From Actinomycetes bacterium (GTDB lineage Bacteria; Actinomycetota; Actinomycetes; DATJPE01), in NCBI GenBank assembly GCA_031430645.1, contig JANPBY010000004.1:4337-68336 (forward strand): DNA of 64,000 nucleotides. The letters run 5' to 3'. The notes under the pieces were generated by a model that was not told the origin of the DNA, did no database searches, and was given only the letters and a program-made list of their open reading frames with translations. Made by a program: the position numbers and the translations under genes. Shown piece after piece: positions 61,143 to 64,000 of the stretch. Within the stretch, counting starts at the first letter, position 1. Every line of letters begins with the position of its first letter.

Positions 61143-62457
61143 GGTCGAGGGTCCCGCCCGGCAGACCGGGGAAAATCGACCCTAGGTCACCGGCAGACAC
61201 CCGGCAGCGCTTGGACAGGATCTCCTTCAGCACGATCCGGTAGTCGGTCGTCACGTCGAGGTCGCCGTCGACGAGAGCACCATCGTCCAGCGTCGGCCAG
61301 GGACCGGACATCTTGACCGAGCCGCCCTTGACCCCGTTGCCGGCAAGCATGACGGCCGTGGCATAGCCGTGGTCGAGGCCTTCGGAGGTGTTGTCCTCGG
61401 CCCGGCGCCCGAACTCGGTGAGAGTGACCACCGTGACGTCGTCCATCTTCGGCCCGAGGTCCTGCATGAAGGCGGCCAGCGCGGTCGTGAACTCCAGGAG
61501 ATGGTCCGCAAACCAATACTCCCCCCCCGTTTGACCTGGGGGGCGGATCGGACCGAGATCCGTGTGCATGTCCCAGTTGCCGTAGTCGATACAGGCCACC
61601 TGCAGACCGACCCCGGCCTTGATCATCCGAGCAACATCACGCAGGGACCGAGCGAAGCCGCTGCCTGTGTCATAGACAGCCCCGTCGCCCGGCAGATAGT
61701 CGTTGGCGGTACCCATCCCTGCCACAGTCTGAATGGCGTCGAGGGTCGTATACGTCGGCTGCTTCAGCGACGTCGGGGAGGTGTCGTGCAAGGATCGCAG
61801 CGCCGCATCCCAACGCAGGCGATCAGCGGTGGATGATGCACCGTCCAAGCGGAATCTGTCGAGGTTGTCCATGGTTAGTTCGGGGTTTGGGCCGAGCAGA
61901 CTGTCGGGCGGGAGCGTGTCGCCGACCTGGACCGCCTGGAAGGACGAGCCGAGTCCGTTGATCCCGATCACGCGGTCCAGCCAACCTGAACGAGCCGAGG
62001 TTCCCGGAGCGGCCCGCTCCATCTCGGCCTGCGCCTCGAAGTGGGACCGGTCCGGTGCCCACAGCCCGCAGGCGTGGACGACCCCGAAACTTCCTGAGTC
62101 CCAATAGGGCTTGAGTGGCGCGAAGGAAGGGTGCAGCCCGAAGTATCCGTCCGTGGTGCCGTCGAGAAGCTGGGCCTGCGGCACGGCGGTGTTGTGGCTG
62201 CGCAACCCGAGATAGGCCGGGTCGCCGTAGGGGACCACGGCTGACAGCCCGTCAAACCCACCACGCATCGACAAGACCACGACGGTGTCGCCGGTGTAGT
62301 CGGGCGCGGCCAACGCCACCTGCGTCGAGAGCAAAGGCGAGGCCACGCCCGCTGCGCCAACGATGCCGGCGCTGCGCAGCAGGGTCCGGCGTGACAACGT
62401 GGCGCGCTCGTGGTCGGGGCAACCGCACCCGGGGTCCTGGACCGTTCGTGGAGTCAT
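61123..62457 (-). CDS. DUF1501 domain protein with a Tat signal
   Basis: LSRRTLLR twin-arginine, MRGGFDGLS, RSHF, WDMH, TEFGRR, GLDHG. Confidence 0.88.
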   Translation of the reverse strand: MTPRTVQDPGCGCPDHERATLSRRTLLRSAGIVGAAGVASPLLSTQVALAAPDYTGDTVVVLSMRGGFDGLSAVVPYGDPAYLGLRSHNTAVPQAQLLDGTTDGYFGLHPSFAPLKPYWDSGSFGVVHACGLWAPDRSHFEAQAEMERAAPGTSARSGWLDRVIGINGLGSSFQAVQVGDTLPPDSLLGPNPELTMDNLDRFRLDGASSTADRLRWDAALRSLHDTSPTSLKQPTYTTLDAIQTVAGMGTANDYLPGDGAVYDTGSGFARSLRDVARMIKAGVGLQVACIDYGNWDMHTDLGPIRPPGQTGGEYWFADHLLEFTTALAAFMQDLGPKMDDVTVVTLTEFGRRAEDNTSEGLDHGYATAVMLAGNGVKGGSVKMSGPWPTLDDGALVDGDLDVTTDYRIVLKEILSKRCRVSAGDLGSIFPGLPGGTLDLMKPKA

Positions 62458-62463
62458 GTCAGG

Positions 62464-64000
62464 TCACCGCAACGCGTGGTAGGGGCTATTGAGGATGAGT
62501 GCGACGAGGTCGCCGAACTGCCAGCGCACTGCGCCATCGGTCTCCTTGGGCACGGTCGAGGCTGTCTTGGCGAGGAACGTCAAGGCCGCGTCCCTGTGCT
62601 CTGGGCGCATCGGCTGCTGGAGGAGCCGACGAGCGAGCACGTCCACGAGTTCGCCGTACGTCGCTGGCAGCGGCTGCGGCAGCAACGCACGGCACAGCGC
62701 CACGTCATTCGCCGTGAGTCCGGCGATCGTCGGCTTTGCCGGCCAAGTGAAACCGTTGTCCGACGCGCTGGGCCAATACCCGTAGGCGTGGGATCGATGG
62801 TTGTTCCAGCGACCCAGCATGCCGTTGGCCGACTGCCAGTCCTTGGCAGTGTCGGGATAACCGTTGGGCGGGCCCCAGTTCAGCGGCGCGTTGCCAAGGT
62901 CTCGACTCTGGTAGTAGACGGCTTCGAGGCCTCGGAAGTAGCTGTCGCCGTCGGCCGGGAAGTCCGGCTTGGTGCTCGGCTTGACGTCGATGGCGCGCAG
63001 TCCGGCGATCAGGTCCTCGTAGGGGCGCCGCACCTTCATACCTGAGGAGTAGCGGAACTCCCTCGACGTGAACAGCGCACGGAGCATGGGAACGATCGCC
63101 GTATCGTTGGCCTGATAGACGTCAGCCAGCCGCGAGGTCAAAGACGACGGTGGCTCGTCGGCCACGAAGTGCTGTCCGAGCTTGTAGGCGATCCGCTCGG
63201 CAGTCTTGCGGTGCCTCGCCAGGTAGTTGACGTAGGCGTCGATGTGGGTCAGGCCCTGACCTGCGCTGTGGCTGGACCAGGAGTAGCCGAGCACCTTGCC
63301 CGCAGTGGCGTCGTGAATGCTCGCATCAAATCTGAAGTCCTGCCGCGTCCAGCTCGGGTTGGAGTTGCTGTAGGGAGGGTTCGGGTTGAACGTGGTGAGG
63401 CCGGTGAGCAACCGGGCGGCTGCATAGATGTCCGCTTCGTCGTAGCCACCCTCAACACCGACGCTGTGCAGCTCGAGCAGCTCACGGGCGTAGTTCTCGT
63501 TGGGGGCGTACTTGTTGGACTCGGCCTGGTTGAGGTACTGCAGCATGGCAGGGTGCTTGGCGGATGCCAGCAACATGTTCTTGTAGGAACCGAACGTGTG
63601 CGGCCGGATCACGTCGCGGTCGTAGCGATGCCGGTTGTCCCAGCCGTCACCGGGACAGGTCACGTTGAGGTGGTTGGACCAGAAGTCCACCATCACCTCG
63701 AAGAGCTGACGCTTGCTCCACAGAGCCCGGCCGATCGTTGAATACAGCAGGTCCTGCATGACCTCCCAGCTGAAGTTGTCCAGCTTGAGCGGGTCGTTGT
63801 CAGGCCGGTTCTCGGCGTCCCAGACCGTCCTGATCGACCACTTCAGGCGCGGGAAGTGCGCGAGCATCGCATCGGCTGTGGTGTCCGTGATCGAGCTGGG
63901 CGCGAGCTGCTCCTCCAGCCAGCCGCGCGGTCCGAGCGCCTTCGCATGGGACACCAGCGAGGGCGTCAGCCCGTACGTCGTCCGTCGGAGCAGGTGCAGC
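62464..64000 (-). CDS. DUF1800 domain protein (5' end outside window)
   Basis: HLLRRTTYG, QLFEVMVDFWSNH, ML.YL, NENYARELLELH, YEDLI; the frame is open to the window edge. Confidence 0.88.
   Translation of the reverse strand, partial: LHLLRRTTYGLTPSLVSHAKALGPRGWLEEQLAPSSITDTTADAMLAHFPRLKWSIRTVWDAENRPDNDPLKLDNFSWEVMQDLLYSTIGRALWSKRQLFEVMVDFWSNHLNVTCPGDGWDNRHRYDRDVIRPHTFGSYKNMLLASAKHPAMLQYLNQAESNKYAPNENYARELLELHSVGVEGGYDEADIYAAARLLTGLTTFNPNPPYSNSNPSWTRQDFRFDASIHDATAGKVLGYSWSSHSAGQGLTHIDAYVNYLARHRKTAERIAYKLGQHFVADEPPSSLTSRLADVYQANDTAIVPMLRALFTSREFRYSSGMKVRRPYEDLIAGLRAIDVKPSTKPDFPADGDSYFRGLEAVYYQSRDLGNAPLNWGPPNGYPDTAKDWQSANGMLGRWNNHRSHAYGYWPSASDNGFTWPAKPTIAGLTANDVALCRALLPQPLPATYGELVDVLARRLLQQPMRPEHRDAALTFLAKTASTVPKETDGAVRWQFGDLVALILNSPYHALR

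Overview
High-GC actinobacterial chromosome segment with no phage, integrase or CRISPR array seen. A housekeeping backbone runs mostly on the minus strand: rne (partial), the TIGR03936/TIGR03960 radical-SAM pair, rodA-mrdA-mreDCB, ndk, folC, valS, clpX-clpP2-clpP1-tig, tRNA-Pro and tRNA-Gly. After the tRNAs comes an accessory block: VOC pseudogene, TetR, hydrolase, arylsulfatase, class III aminotransferase, ferritin, MFS+MMPL, an oleA-oleBC-oleD olefin cluster and a Tat dioxygenase-like protein. The window ends with a second conserved block: acyl-CoA carboxylase, PP2C, Eis-like GNAT, pepN, CtaI/CtaJ-like pair, malQ, HNH, prolyl oligopeptidase, MscS, SDR and DUF1501-DUF1800. Most unusual items: (1) a frameshifted AbiEi/DUF559-type nuclease gene bracketed by two inversely oriented hairpins with identical 13-bp arms and 30-nt spacers (4493-5662), a candidate hairpin-bounded mobile or REP-tron-like cassette; (2) a dispersed palindromic element with a 58-nt conserved core but unrelated stems (22.4 and 46.9 kb); (3) a c-di-AMP-riboswitch-like leader before a PP2C phosphatase; (4) a ClpP1 whose DRD catalytic motif reads DIE; (5) a Lys/Arg-free acidic repeat microprotein between tig and clpP1; (6) two tandem membrane paralogs sharing an FG-rich N-terminal motif. 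All family assignments come from motif recognition by eye; no database search was run. Many start codons were re-called from the ORF track.
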